A stretch of DNA of 63,537 bases, counting the filler, from Folioceros fuciformis (Eukaryota): NCBI GenBank assembly GCA_049999805.1. It is 9 parts of 9 records of this genome, joined end to end, with 100 filler letters (N's around TTAATTAATTAA, not from the genome) between each part and the next. Parts side by side here need not be neighbours in the genome. Positions count along the whole stretch, not along the records: positions 1 to 7,735 come from JBNGIO010001599.1; positions 7,836 to 16,708 come from JBNGIO010001600.1; 7 more parts are not named here. One strand, given 5' to 3'. Below the pieces are notes generated by a model that saw only the letters and a program-made list of their open reading frames with translations, had not been told where the DNA came from and did not search any database. Below are positions 1 through 11,965 of this stretch, piece after piece. Made by a program: the position numbers and the translations under genes. Each line of letters begins with the position of its first letter. The first letter of the stretch is position 1.

Positions 1-292
1 CCTCTGTATCCCCGCAACGGCCGCATTTGTCATGGGCTGGCGGAAGGGGCGGAGGAGACGCGCCACGAAGCCCGCCCAGAGCGGCCCCGATCTGGCCACC
101 TAGGTCTCCAGGCCCCCGTCCCTGTTAGCGCCCGGGATGGACTCGCTGGTTCCGCCGCTGCCGCCTGGACCGCGCCTCCCCCTGCCGGGGACCGGATTCT
201 TTAGGGGAACGAGCGGGGAACACAGGGACCGCGCCGGGGAGATCTTGCACCTGCGCCTGCGCTTGCTCTTCCACGCCACTAGGTGACAGCAC

Positions 293-2211
293 ATGAGTAA
301 GCGGTACGCCATGGCGGACATGAAGGTGGCCATGGGGATTCTCCTGGCCTTAGGACTCCTAGTGCTTCTTCTCAACATGGCCAGCAACGTCTCGTTCGGC
401 CATCTCGCCTATCAGAAGCCCGAGGTCAGCCCCACTGCATCTTTCTCTTTCCCGCCTTCCCGCCTTCCGGCCCCCGGCCTCCACGCGCCTTCCACCTCTG
501 CCTCATTCCACCGCCTGCGGTTTTTGTAGATCATGGACAGACTCGGGGCCGCGGCCTATTGGTGGAACTCGCGGGCCGAAGACCTGGTGGCCGATGTGCC
601 TTCCGCGCGGAGGATAAATATGACCACGCTTTTCTCGGCTGGTCTGGCTCCCGCACTAGAGCCGTGTTGGAGCGACCGGATCCAGCGTAAGTTGTACGAA
701 ACGCTCTCATTTGGAGCTGAGCTGCTCTGCTCTTCGCTGCGCTCCCCTCCCCTCCGCTCCGAGGGTCACGTTCACATCCTGAGTCGCCTTTTGCTCTGAT
801 CCACAGAGAAGGCGAAACCTGCTGGAAACCGGGGTTTTGTGGTTGTCAAGATCTCCAATGGGCCTCACAACCATAAGTTGCAGGTAGCTTGTCACCGTCG
901 CTTCGTTTCTTCTCACGCTTTGCTGTGCCCTTGTGCCACGGCCTGTTTTCGAGGGAAGCATCGGAGTAGTTCTGATGAAAGCCTGCAGGTCGCGGATGCA
1001 GTGGTGGTGGCTGTCCAGCTCAATGCCACCTTGGTGATCCCCATTGTGAAGGAGGGTTTGCAAGAGCCTGGCGGGTACGGGGAGTTTTGGAATGCTTCTT
1101 TCTCTCGGATCAGTCAGCACTGGGTTCAGTTCCGCCAGGCTCAGATATGTTCTCGTGTGTGGCCTGATTGATTTGCAGGAAGTTTGAGGATATTTACAAC
1201 ATCCGACATTTCATTGCTGCTCTGGAGGGTGTGGTCCGGGTGGTTGGCCGCCTTCCCGCCACCCTCAATGTTACTAAGGAAAGCTTTACCAAAGTTCCCG
1301 TAAGGGTGACTTCTGACTACGTCGATGAGAATCTGAGGCCCATGCTGGAGCGGCTCCAGCTCATAGTCATCAGGGGTTTCACCACATCGTTAGGGTTTCA
1401 CGAGGTTGAGGATACCGCTATGCAAGCTGTACGCTGCCTAGTAATGTTTAACTCGTTGCGGTTCTCCTTCCCAGTGCAAAAATTAGGGGAGAGGGTCGTC
1501 AGTCGCATCAAGGAAGCTGGCGCGGAGTTCGGTGGACACTTCGTCGCTGTGGACCTTCGCCTTGATGCACTTCAACGCAGAGAGCGTAACACTACTTTTG
1601 GAGCATCACCTCTTGACTCTCGTGAAGTGAGGAAGAAGAAGTGTCTCTCTCCTGTGGAGGTTGGGCTTCTATTGCAGAACTTGGGGTTCGACAGGAGTAC
1701 TGCAATTTATCTTACCAACTCGCAGTGGAATGACATGCTTGATCCTTTACTGGAGATGTTTCCAAATACGCACACCAAGGTTTGCTCGTCTGTGCCTCTT
1801 TCTGCAAACAGGTCGTTTAGTCCCCCCTTGTATCCCTGATTTCTCATTCTCGGTGTCTTCTCATGCCATCTTTTGCAGGAATACAGTATGCCCTTCAACG
1901 AGGAGAATCAATTTCTGCTCACCGGCAAAACGCAGCTGGAGCTTGCCGTTGATCTGATAGTATGTACAGAAAGTGATGTATTTATCCCAGCTATTCCGGG
2001 CATGATGTATTCAACTGTAGCTGGAGAGCGTATTGCCGTGGGCAGAACAAATATCATCGTGCCCACTATGAAGACGACCATGTCATCGTCGTCCCCAGTG
2101 CTGACAGGTTCAACCTCAAAGTTTGTGTCCAAAAGGGATCATCCTGTCTATTCATGCTTCTGTAGCAGAAGTATACTCAGTGACAGGAACTACAGAACTC
2201 CTACGTCATGA
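293..2211 (+). CDS. O-fucosyltransferase family protein, MANNAN SYNTHESIS-RELATED (MSR)-like; multi-exon
   Basis: N-terminal TM anchor (MADMKVAMGILLALGLLVLLLNM). Exons encode NGPHNHKLQVADAVVVA, KFEDIYNIRHFIAALEGVVRVV, FVAVDLRLD, ESDVFIPAIPGMMYSTVAGERIA and HPVYSCFC. GT-AG introns. Confidence 0.88.
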
Positions 2212-2481
2212 TATGGCGCCTCTTCAGGCACCGATTTTTTATCTCATTATCTGGAATGAGCTGCGAGCTGGTAGGTCTGAGATGCAGTCAAAAGTTCGCC
2301 TACCTACGGTGATCTACAACAACTTCATTGAATGCAGACGTCTATATGCGTGAAGGTTGGGACGACAGGCGCATCCTGGGAGAATTCTTACCAGTGGTCG
2401 AAGACCTTCTCCAACATACTGGAAATGAGGTCCGGTATGAGGTACGGTGCTGCGGCTTTCCAAGAGTGGAGGTTCACATTT

Positions 2482-2541
2482 CGTGAGCTGTCCACATGGT
2501 TCACCACTCGTGAGCCGTCCACATGGTTCACCACTCGTGAA
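2482..2541. repeat. 27-bp tandem repeat, ~2.2 copies
   Basis: gtccacatggttcaccactcgtga occurs twice in tandem between the convergent 3' ends. Confidence 0.8.
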
Positions 2542-2893
2542 CTGTTTGGATCTGTATACATTGCACCAACAGCCGGGCAATAAGAGCAATGATGTCACAA
2601 GGGCTCTCGTGCGAAACTGGTTGAGGTGATTCTTGAGTGAAAAGTTGTGTTTGCGTGCGGGTTCCACGATGTGTGCGGCTTTTGTCCTCGTCGACCCTGT
2701 GGGAACACATACTCATGTTTCTCGGCGATAAATGATAATTTATCTGTAGCACTGTGGAGTTTGCATTTTATATGCTTCAATTGTGCACCTTTGTGCAGCC
2801 AGACTGCGAAGCGAGTCGAGAGATTCTCATGGTAACGAAAGTGCACCCGAAAAACAATTCAACATCAATGACCTTGTGAAACCACGTGCAGAA

Positions 2894-4339
2894 CTAACAA
2901 GTTACAGTTCCAAAGATGTCGTCAAGTCCAGCGTCAGTCTCATCACTTCTAATCCCCAGGTGTGAGCGTAACAGGAGTCTTCGGGGACGAGCTTCCCACC
3001 GTGTGCCCACAAAAGCTTCTTCTTTCTCATACTTGAACCCTGCTTTCGCGTAAAGATTTTGTGCAGACACGTTGTCAAACACAACATGCACGTATAGGTC
3101 GGTGATACCTACAACATCACAAGAATGTCAAAAGTTTTAGAAGAGCTATCCTAGGTTTTCTAAGACAAACACCAAGGTTTGAGACAATGTGATCGAGGGA
3201 AGATACCCCACTGTCCAGCAATCGTTCGGGCAGATTCTATCAGGCATGTTGCAACACCTTTCCGGCGCACTTCATCTGCTACACAAACGTTGGACAAGTA
3301 GCCTCGCTGAGTTACAGCGCCGGAATCCTGTCAGGAAGGCTGAGTGTTACAGCTGCGCTCAACACGTGGCGATGACTTGCAGGCAATGTTCAGAAAGGCT
3401 AGGTAACTTACAAGAGGATAATCCCCCGTAATTTCACCTGGCAGCCGAATCCCTTGATTCAGATCAAGGCTCCCTACCACTATGCTGTTCGGCCCCACCT
3501 GCATTCATGTCGAAGGACAGACGTTACGAACAATGCCCTGATGAGAAAAAATAGCGCTTACAACGACTGTGAATACAAAGTGCGTGTGTGTCCACAGCGA
3601 AACCTATAAACACAGCCCACCTTACATGACGTTAATAGATCACTTTCATTGTCAAGGTCGAGGTTGGACAGGTGGCACATAGCAATCAGGCAAGCAACCC
3701 GTCCATATGAATCATCAATCCCATTCACCTTAGAGACCAATGCTCGCCAGTCATCTTGGGCCTTCATTTGTCTGTGGGCCTATCCAAAATGTTGTGCAGT
3801 CAATCCAAGCATAAAAGACTGCAAGTATCTTGATATCATCAGCTGCAGGTCCAATCCATCGTCATTGACAGCTCTCTCTAGGCATGCTACTGGAGAGTGC
3901 TGCTGGCAAAAATTACTCCTCCACAGAAACGAAACGCACATACTTTGATGGCATCCGGAGATCTGTCCTGCGGATAAGTGTAGAAAGTTCGTGCTCGCAA
4001 GTACGCGGCTGCCTTTAGCTCCTCCTCCGTGACGGCCTCCAGGATCGTCAGAGGAATGACGCAGTGCGGTGCATCCCACAACACCCTCTGCAAACGCCTT
4101 TCACTGGCTACTTCTGCTGCTATGCCCAGAATGCACAGACTGGCAGCCGCCCATGCCTTTGAGCCATGAAACCGCGAACCCCAATGCTCACACCTTTGGG
4201 CATACAGAGCCGGGTGCCGCACGAGGAGAGAGGGGGACAGCCTGGTTCGGCGGCCATCTGCACCCTTGTGTTGCCAAGTCCTGGAGGATATTGCGGGGAT
4301 AGCAGGCCACTCTGGAGCCATTGCCATGACCCCTTGCAT
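2894..4339 (-). CDS. GCN5-related N-acetyltransferase, plastid GNAT type; multi-exon
   Basis: Exons encode EELKAAAYLRARTF, GRVACLIA, VVGSLDLNQG and HVVFDNVSAQNLYAKAGF...RPRRLLL (GNAT N..A..LY.K.GF motif). N-terminus resembles a transit peptide. Start codon uncertain. Confidence 0.85.
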
Positions 4340-5071
4340 TTTACCAAACCTCTGAGAACAGCGATGCACATCTAAGAAGCCCTTTCAATTTTGCAATAAC
4401 CTTCACCAGTCGGCATAGCTGCGGGGACACTGATTCCTGTTCAGAGTCTGCACTTGGCAGGACACCCCGAGATCCGAAACCGCCGCAGACAGCGCGAGAA
4501 CGTGGAGACTCACCAAGGAAGCCAGGCACAAGGAATACCAGCTATATGTAAGCAAAATGGAAACTTGAAGGTCAGAGTCCACACACAAATGTGCTCATAG
4601 AAACAGTAGAGCACAACCCGGCCAGAAGATGAGCCGCTATTGATCTCCAAGGGATGGACAAGCCACATTACCTGGCCTACACTGACACCGCGACGCCAAG
4701 AAAACGAGCCACAAATCCTCCAGTTATCGCCGCCATGGTAGACTGTGATGCTCGCTTCTTGGCGTCGCCTGTTTTTACCACGGCCATGGGCTGCCATAAT
4801 GTACAAGTTTGTCAATAATTCAATATTGAAATTACAAAAGAGCTTGCTGCACCGGGTGGGTAGGAGGCATCCTTGCCTTGCCTTTTCTCCCTCTTTCCGG
4901 TTATGTTACAAAAATTACAATACGCTACAGGGACCCGTCTAACACCATCAAAGGCTCCAATCATGTAGGTACCTACTTAGGCCCTCTCATAAAGACTTCT
5001 ACTCTTTCCCTCCAATATCCAGATGGCAATTTTTGTTTTTTTTTAATTCTAATTAGTATACATATATGTTA

Positions 5072-7642
5072 TTATCCTAAAATCCCTGAAAGTCTATCAA
5101 TAAAACTTTCAATACAACTGAACAATTTGGCAATGGCCATCTCCAAAGACTGCACAAAAGCTTGTTCCTCTACTTCCGGATGATATAGATCCAGTTCCTC
5201 TTCTTCATAATCCAGCCCTGGGCAATTTCATAGCAGTGCAAGTTAATTACTGAACTTAAGATGAAAGATCACTTATTCGCTCTCAGATTAAATAACTCAA
5301 ATCAATCACTTGCATACCAGCTTCCTGGAAAGTAATAGTGATTCCTTTCTGAAGCTCCTTAATGATAGGTAGTAATTCCTCATCGCTTAAACCACATGAC
5401 GCAATCAAGTTTAAGAGATCCATCATTTCCTGCTCTCCAGGCGTACCAACTAGACCAGCCCGTGCTCTTGCCATTGCTTCAAGCTCAGCTTCTTCCTCTG
5501 CTATGGCCTGCATACGCAACATGAACAACACTTTGAGCTTACACAACACAGAACAAACATAAGCTAGTTTTAGTTTTCACGAAACAAACATGAAGGGCAT
5601 GGCACCTGAGAAAGTTGCAATAGATTAGCATAAAGTTGAGCATTTCTTTCCCGAGCTTGTAAAAGAGCAGGAAGAACGCCTTTAATGCTCCTTACTCGTA
5701 GCAAATGTTGTGTTTTGTGGAAAGCCTTGTATTCAATCAAAAGCCTAAACCTAATAGTAGTGGGTGTTTCATATTGACTAGCCAAGGCTGCTTCATCTTC
5801 AGGATCCTGTAGCATCAAAACATCTCAATTGTTTCATACATGTGTTCATTGGTATTATGCCATGTGCATATCACCTATCGTCCTCTTCCCACCTTACTAC
5901 CCATCTTACCTTTCTACGAATGGTTTCTTGAAGAGGACTTGCATCAGCATGAGACCATCCCCCTGTGTTTTGCCATCGATAATATGCTCGCTCACATTCC
6001 TCCATTTCCAATATCTCTGAACAACCACACTCAAAAAAAACCATGTACCATAAGGTGAAGTTTAACTTCTTCTTTCTTTCTTTCTTTCTTTTTTTTCTTG
6101 ATTTTTTTAAAAGTATATATGGTTAAATATGCATAATTGTTCCAAAGTTTGACTCATGCTAATTATACTCTGTACAAAGTTAGTTAACCTGAAATTATTC
6201 TTTGAATTTCATGCCTTTCTTCGTACATGGCATTGCACCATTCTAAATATTTATTTGTTTCTTTTTTGTTTGACTCCATGTCCCTTTCCATTTTAGCTTG
6301 TATGCTATCATAAATTCCTTGCTCAAAATGCAGCTTTTTCATCTCTTGTTTAAGAGCTTTATTATGCGAATTCACCATATTAAGATCATAATTAGCCTAG
6401 ATGACAAATTAAAAATGAAAATTCCACATGACATAGAGCACTTTGTATAATGTTCGATGTGAATATGTAAGCTTTGACAAGTGCAAGTGCAAGTGCAAGT
6501 GCAAAACCTCAAAAAGGTGGAATTCCAAAGTTGGGATAAAACCTTTAAACCTTTTCAACCCGATTCTCCAATATCTTAATCATAATGCAAGTATGATAAG
6601 CCATATCTCGAGCAGCATATCGGCCTCCCATTGCTGTCATGGCAGCTAACTCTTTGGCAGCGAATTGTTCAATAGTTGATTCCAAGTCGTTCAACTTTTT
6701 TGATTCAACTTCAATCATTTTTGTGAATTTATTTGCTTGTTCTTGCAATCTAGCAATTTCAGGTGCGTAATCCTACAAAACACATTGAACCCTAAACCCA
6801 AAACACATTTTGAATTCAATGTAAAGATAGAGATCCTAATAGGTTACTTGTATTGTGCTCACCACATGCCAGTATTCGTCTAGTTTTTGTTGTACAACTC
6901 TGTTGTCGCCTCTGAGGTTACATAACAGAGCATTTTGAAGCCGCATAATGGCCTCACTGTTTTGATGGAAAGTCCGTTCTCTATCATAGAGATTTCGATA
7001 CTTCTTATGCATGTCTTGCAGCTAAACGTATCACACCACTTTTTTTATTATTGTTCAAGAGTGTGAAAAAATAGTGTTAATCACAACGTGATTGCCCAAA
7101 AACTTACTTCTTTACAAGCTAGTAGATCTTCATCCATGCTTCTACTTGTAAGTGCATCTCCCTCTTGAAATGTTTTTGTCCTACTGATATCCAATGCTTT
7201 CTGAAACCACATTCATATGAGTCGTCTTAATGCAACATACATGTATTACAACGTAAGGAAATTCAACCAAGCACTTTCTTTTGGAAAAAATTCTCACCTG
7301 GGCCGCATTAAGGGCATCCAGCTCCGCCTCAACAATGGCAAGAATGTCGTGTGCTTTATCTGTAATAACTTGCAATGTTTCTTCAATTGGCTGACTTGCA
7401 ACAAGTATGCTTCCTTGTGAATGCCCAGTAGGATCGTAATTAGGATCTCCATCCATTAATTCATTTAAAATTTCCCTCGTGTCCGACACAACTTGGTCGA
7501 GTTGTCCTAATGTCCCAAGTCCAATCACAGCTTGTTCTAGTCCTTGTGCTTCGTCTCCTAATCGCCCATCACCTAAGTCCATGCCAGCAATAGCTTGTGC
7601 TACTGCTCCAACTATTTGGACAGCTCCTGCTGCTTGCTCCAT
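5072..7642 (-). CDS. Outer dynein arm docking complex subunit DC2 (ODA1 / CCDC114 / CCDC63 family) homolog; ~9 exons, intact frame
   Basis: Manual splicing gives an open frame of about 560 aa. Blocks LQDMHKKYRNL..., RLQEQANKFTKMIEVESKK, MGGRYAARD...IKILENRVEKANYDLNMVNSHNKALKQEMKKLHFEQGIYDSIQAKMERDM and YKAFHKTQ...NAQLYANL are collinear with the recalled DC2 pattern (MGG...IKLLENRLEKA...HNKQLRE.I..LRRER..F.SIQ..LEREL). Confidence 0.8.
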
Positions 7643-7735
7643 TTTTTCTTGATATACTTTACTAGTATCAAGACTCTTTTTTTTCTTTTACCCTTATGTT
7701 AGAAGAGACATAATGCAATCTAAGCACTAAAATAT

Positions 7736-7835
7736 NNNNNNNNNNNNNNNNNNNNNNNNNNNNNNNNNNNNNNNNNNNNTTAATTAATTAANNNNNNNNN
7801 NNNNNNNNNNNNNNNNNNNNNNNNNNNNNNNNNNN
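7736..7835. other. Artificial contig linker. Also at 16709-16808, 24166-24265, 25751-25850, 35624-35723, 41388-41487, 60307-60406 and 61881-61980
   Basis: Identical 44N-TTAATTAATTAA-44N spacer with stop codons in all six frames. Confidence 0.98.
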
Positions 7836-9688
7836 CAACAACAGCAACAACACGACTTTGAAACACTACCAATCAGCTTGAAATTTTAGTTTTGCAACTT
7901 TCCAACACGCCTTCAATTCAACATGGATGCAGAAACAAAAGCTCTAACAAATTCATGAACTGAACAATCACATATCACCACTACCAAACCACACTCTCCA
8001 TGTCTCCAAGTACTACAATGGATCTCAATTGATTTCAACATGCAACTCTAACATTTTCTATGTGTGTGAGACACAATTGTAAGAAACCGAAGCACTCTAG
8101 GACATGAAACACAGCTAGATGATCAAATTCACACAAATTGCATCAAATTCATGAACTATCCTACTGCTATGGAGCTCTCATACTTCACATCTTTCGATTA
8201 GAATTCAAAGAGAAGTCCAAAGAGAAGTTCAAATGAGCTCACATCAATTTATTGAAATAAATTTTTAGTACACACCTTGAGGAATTAAATGAAGAAACAT
8301 TTATCGGCACTTATCTCTTAGTAGTCGCATTGATAGTGAAATTGTCGAGACTGGATTCTAGAAACCCAAGTTGTTGATACTCACCTTACATGATTGAATG
8401 ATGTCGTCTCTATATTGCACTTCATGGTCGCAATTGTATAAGTTCTTTCACAAAGAAGTTGATTAATATCACATGACTTATCAATATACAAATAATATTA
8501 CACTAAACTTAACAACATGCCCTCTAGGAAGCAAACAAAATACCTACACTTCTTCTTAAGATCAAAGAAGTATAACTATACTAATGAAAGATTCAAAAGT
8601 TTTGAACATACAACACACTACACCTATACTAACCATTTACAATCATATTATAGAAGGTTCTATTCATAGAAGGTTCTATTTATAGAAGGCATTCGACCCT
8701 AATGACTGAGGTTAAATATGTCAAATATTTTACTAATTTTTTTAAAAATATTAACAAAATGTGCTTTTGTTCACAAAGTAATCAAAGTCTATACTAGTAC
8801 TTGATATATTTTTATAATTAAATTATTCTATAATTTAAAAACATCTATTTATAATAATATAAATATATTTAAAAAGTACCCTATCCTATTCATGATGGAC
8901 GAGTGAAAGCATCGAGCAAGGAAAATATTCACATGAATATATCATAATACATAAATGCTAGTTCATATGTGACTTAATTCCTGATTACCTAAACCACTTG
9001 AATCAATCAAGTCGAAGAAGGAATGAAGGATTACTAGACTTGGATGCAAATATGTGCAGGTAGGTAGCAGCACCTTAAAACTTGAAAGAATGAGTTTGCA
9101 ACAAGATCATTAGAATGAGTTAGCTTATTCACTAGGACAATATTTCAAAATTATTAAAATATTTACACATAATTAGACGAGAGAGGTTATCTTTGAGCCG
9201 CTTGTTACACTAGTTGGGGGTTCAAGACTTCTTGGTTAGTAGTACCCACTTTGATGTAAGGCCAAGATAGGGCAAGGAAAGAAGTGACTGTTCTTCCTAG
9301 AATCCCTCATTCTTGCCTTGCCTATGGTCCAACTATTTATAAATAATCAACTAAACATGACATAAAACCATAACAGAGATCAATTGTCTTGTGCATTAGT
9401 TGGCCAGGCTAGATGGCATACTACCCAACAAGTTTGAGTTAGGGTTTTGGTTGATTTGACTTGAATTGATAGAGATATGTAAACCATAGTTGAAGTTGAC
9501 ACATTGATAAATCAACGTGCTTGAAGGTGTCTTTCACCTCTTGCACCTCTCAAGTGGTCCATAAGGAAGGTTTGCCCAAAGTTTCTTCATTAGTGTTACA
9601 CATTCATTCATGGTTTAAAGAAGACCCATGATAGTCCAATGTATTGTGCTTGAATAGGCTGGTATTGATATCAATCCCTAAATTTGTG

Positions 9689-9976
9689 TCAATCTGTGAT
9701 ATCTCCACCAGCCCCAGCAATTGGGATAGGGGTGCCTCCAATACCGGGTGCACCTCCTCCATTTTGCTCTGCCATAGCAGAATCCCCTCCTGATGCTTGG
9801 CCCCCACCTTTGCTTTTCCAAAACATTGCACCCTTGAAACATGAACTAACTTTTTGTCCTAGATTGAGATTCTTACATTTAGCGGTTGTTTTGTTTATAC
9901 AAAACTTGATTTGTGGGAAGAAGAACCACCCACAACAACATGCAAATGGAAGTCCGAAAGCACAAGGGAGACACAT
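9689..9976 (-). CDS. Putative small protein (95 aa), Cys-rich N-terminus and Gly-rich C-terminus
   Basis: ATG-initiated, locally GC-richer ORF in AT-rich sequence: MCLPCAFGLPFACCCGWFFF...GGGQASGG...GGGAPGIGG. No family recognised. Confidence 0.4.
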   Translation of the reverse strand: MCLPCAFGLPFACCCGWFFFPQIKFCINKTTAKCKNLNLGQKVSSCFKGAMFWKSKGGGQASGGDSAMAEQNGGGAPGIGGTPIPIAGAGGDITD

Positions 9977-10507
9977 TCTTATTCAATGTCTTGCAATTCT
10001 TCATATCAAGGTTGAAACCAAGAAACCTCATTGTGATACATCAAAATGTGCATATTGAATAGAAGTTTTAGAAAATTAAAATCATAATAATACTAAAATT
10101 CAACACTAGTATTCAGATCCCACGTAGGCAGTGGAGAAATGAAACCGGCTTCGCCCATACGGACAGGATTCAAGCATAAAAACATTAAATTACAGAACAG
10201 AAACCCTAAAATAATGTCCATTGGTTATTGAATAGAAACAGATATTTGCTTCTTGGAGTTACAGCAATATTAAATGAAATTTAAAACATAGCCTTTCGGG
10301 TGGTTGGATGTCGAGAGAGCCGTAGTTTGATGGCGAAGCGGGCGATCCATGTACAGAAATTCCTGCGTGTCCTCCATGGATGCCGCCATGCGGACCGATT
10401 AGAATGCAAGCAGATTGCAGCGATGGCAGAACACGGCGGAGAGCAGAAGGCGCTTTGAGCCGCAAACCTGGAATCGTATCTTGATATTGGTTGGAAGTTG
10501 AGTAGTC

Positions 10508-11965
10508 ATGTACAGGCAGACGAAGGAAGAGCTTAAGGTGTTGAGGGAAAGAGCGGATGCGGTAGAGAAAGAAGAACGCAGAAGGCTCATAGATGCTGCA
10601 AAGAAACGTGCTGCAGCTCAGAACGTTGATTATCCTACCTTTGCTGCCATGGTTAGATTTGGTTGTCTGAATGTTCCTGTTCTCCGTGCTGATATCATGC
10701 TTCACTATGGCTCGCCTCTTCGTCTAAATCCGCGGAGTGGGAATTCGTTGCCGGCACTCTTGTAGGTTTCAGTGGCTCACTTGAAGCCTATCCAGAGAAG
10801 GAGAGCGCATGAGGTGAAGCCAGCACGGAGCACATGGACACCTCGGGGATGGTCCTTGGACGAGGCCTTCTGCACGGACGAGGACAGGATGAGTCACAGT
10901 TTAGCTGATGATCCCTTGACTCTGAAAAGATGGCAAGCTTATGAGCGGGAGGCGACCTTGAAGCTCCTGCATACCATGGATAATGTCGCTGGTGATCCCA
11001 AGCCGCAGAAACACGTGCCTTTGACAAGTGATCAATTCATCAAGGAATGGAGAAAGCTTACGGGCAACATCAACGACAGGATGCGCCTGTTAAGAAAGAT
11101 GTCCCCTGATGACATCCCGCGCATTTTTAAGGTTGACCTTCCTTCCAGGATTCTGACAGAGATATTGGAGGCACTGCGGTGCTGGCAATTAAATGGAATG
11201 AGTTGTGCTCCTGTTGATCCAGAGGCGAGGAAAGGGGATGAATTCCAGGATGTGCACAATTCCAGCCTGAACGGCAGCGGGACGACATCCGGAAACATTC
11301 AAGCCGCTACAGACCTTACGAGCAAACAGCTTCCGCACGGAAGTCCATGTCCTCCTGATCTGGTCAAGACGTTGGCCAGCATCAGAATGCTCAGTGGCGG
11401 TTTGTCCTCGGAGGACCTGGCAAGTATGTACACGAGTGGTGAATCCGCGGGAGATCCTAAAGCTCTGCCAGCCTTTGTACATCTGCAAGGCCAGAACCCT
11501 CGAGGGAATAGTGACCTGGAGGCGTCAACAAGGGATGCTGCAGACGAGACTGCGAGCCAAATTGATTGGGTCACAAACGAACTAGCCAGCATTGCTGAAG
11601 GCCATCAGCACTCTGACTCGGAAGGCACACACCAAAGATTCTTACGCCTCATGAGAAATAGGAAGATGTTGTGGTTGCTGAGAATGCTGAACGCTCTCAC
11701 GAAATGTGGGAGATTCGACTTGGCTCTGAAGATGGGAAAGACGGGAAGGGCAACGGCTGCCTCAATTCTGGACCTCCTGGTGGCCGACATGTCCAGTGAC
11801 AGGGGTGAGGAAGGGAAAGAAAGCGACGAGGCTCCAAGTAAAAGAAGCTATTACGAATGTCGACCCAATTACGTGACGCCTGTAGTAGCTTTACCCATGG
11901 ACGATGCAGTCGTGGAATTGGATCTGCAGCAACTGAATTATCTACGGGCCGTTTACCAGCACTGA
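10508..11965 (+). CDS. CCDC103: CCDC103 / PR46b-like dynein attachment factor; exons 10508-10651 and 10766-11965
   Basis: Dynein_attach_N-like motif DAAKKRAAAQNVDYPTFAAM|VSVAHLKPI reconstituted across a GT-AG intron. RPAP3_C-like segments PLTSDQFIKEWRKL...IFKVDLPSRIL and LNALTKCGRFDLALKM. Confidence 0.82.

Noticed and set aside
137-286. 49-codon in-frame uORF ending 6 nt before the O-fucosyltransferase ATG
   Set aside because: It ends in a pyrimidine tract + TAG resembling a 5'-UTR intron acceptor, so it is probably intronic; no recognised conserved peptide.
7736-7835. Recurrent TTAATTAATTAA palindrome flanked by Ns as a biological repeat or CRISPR-like array
   Set aside because: Identical 100-bp synthetic spacer with stops in all frames; an assembly or concatenation artefact.
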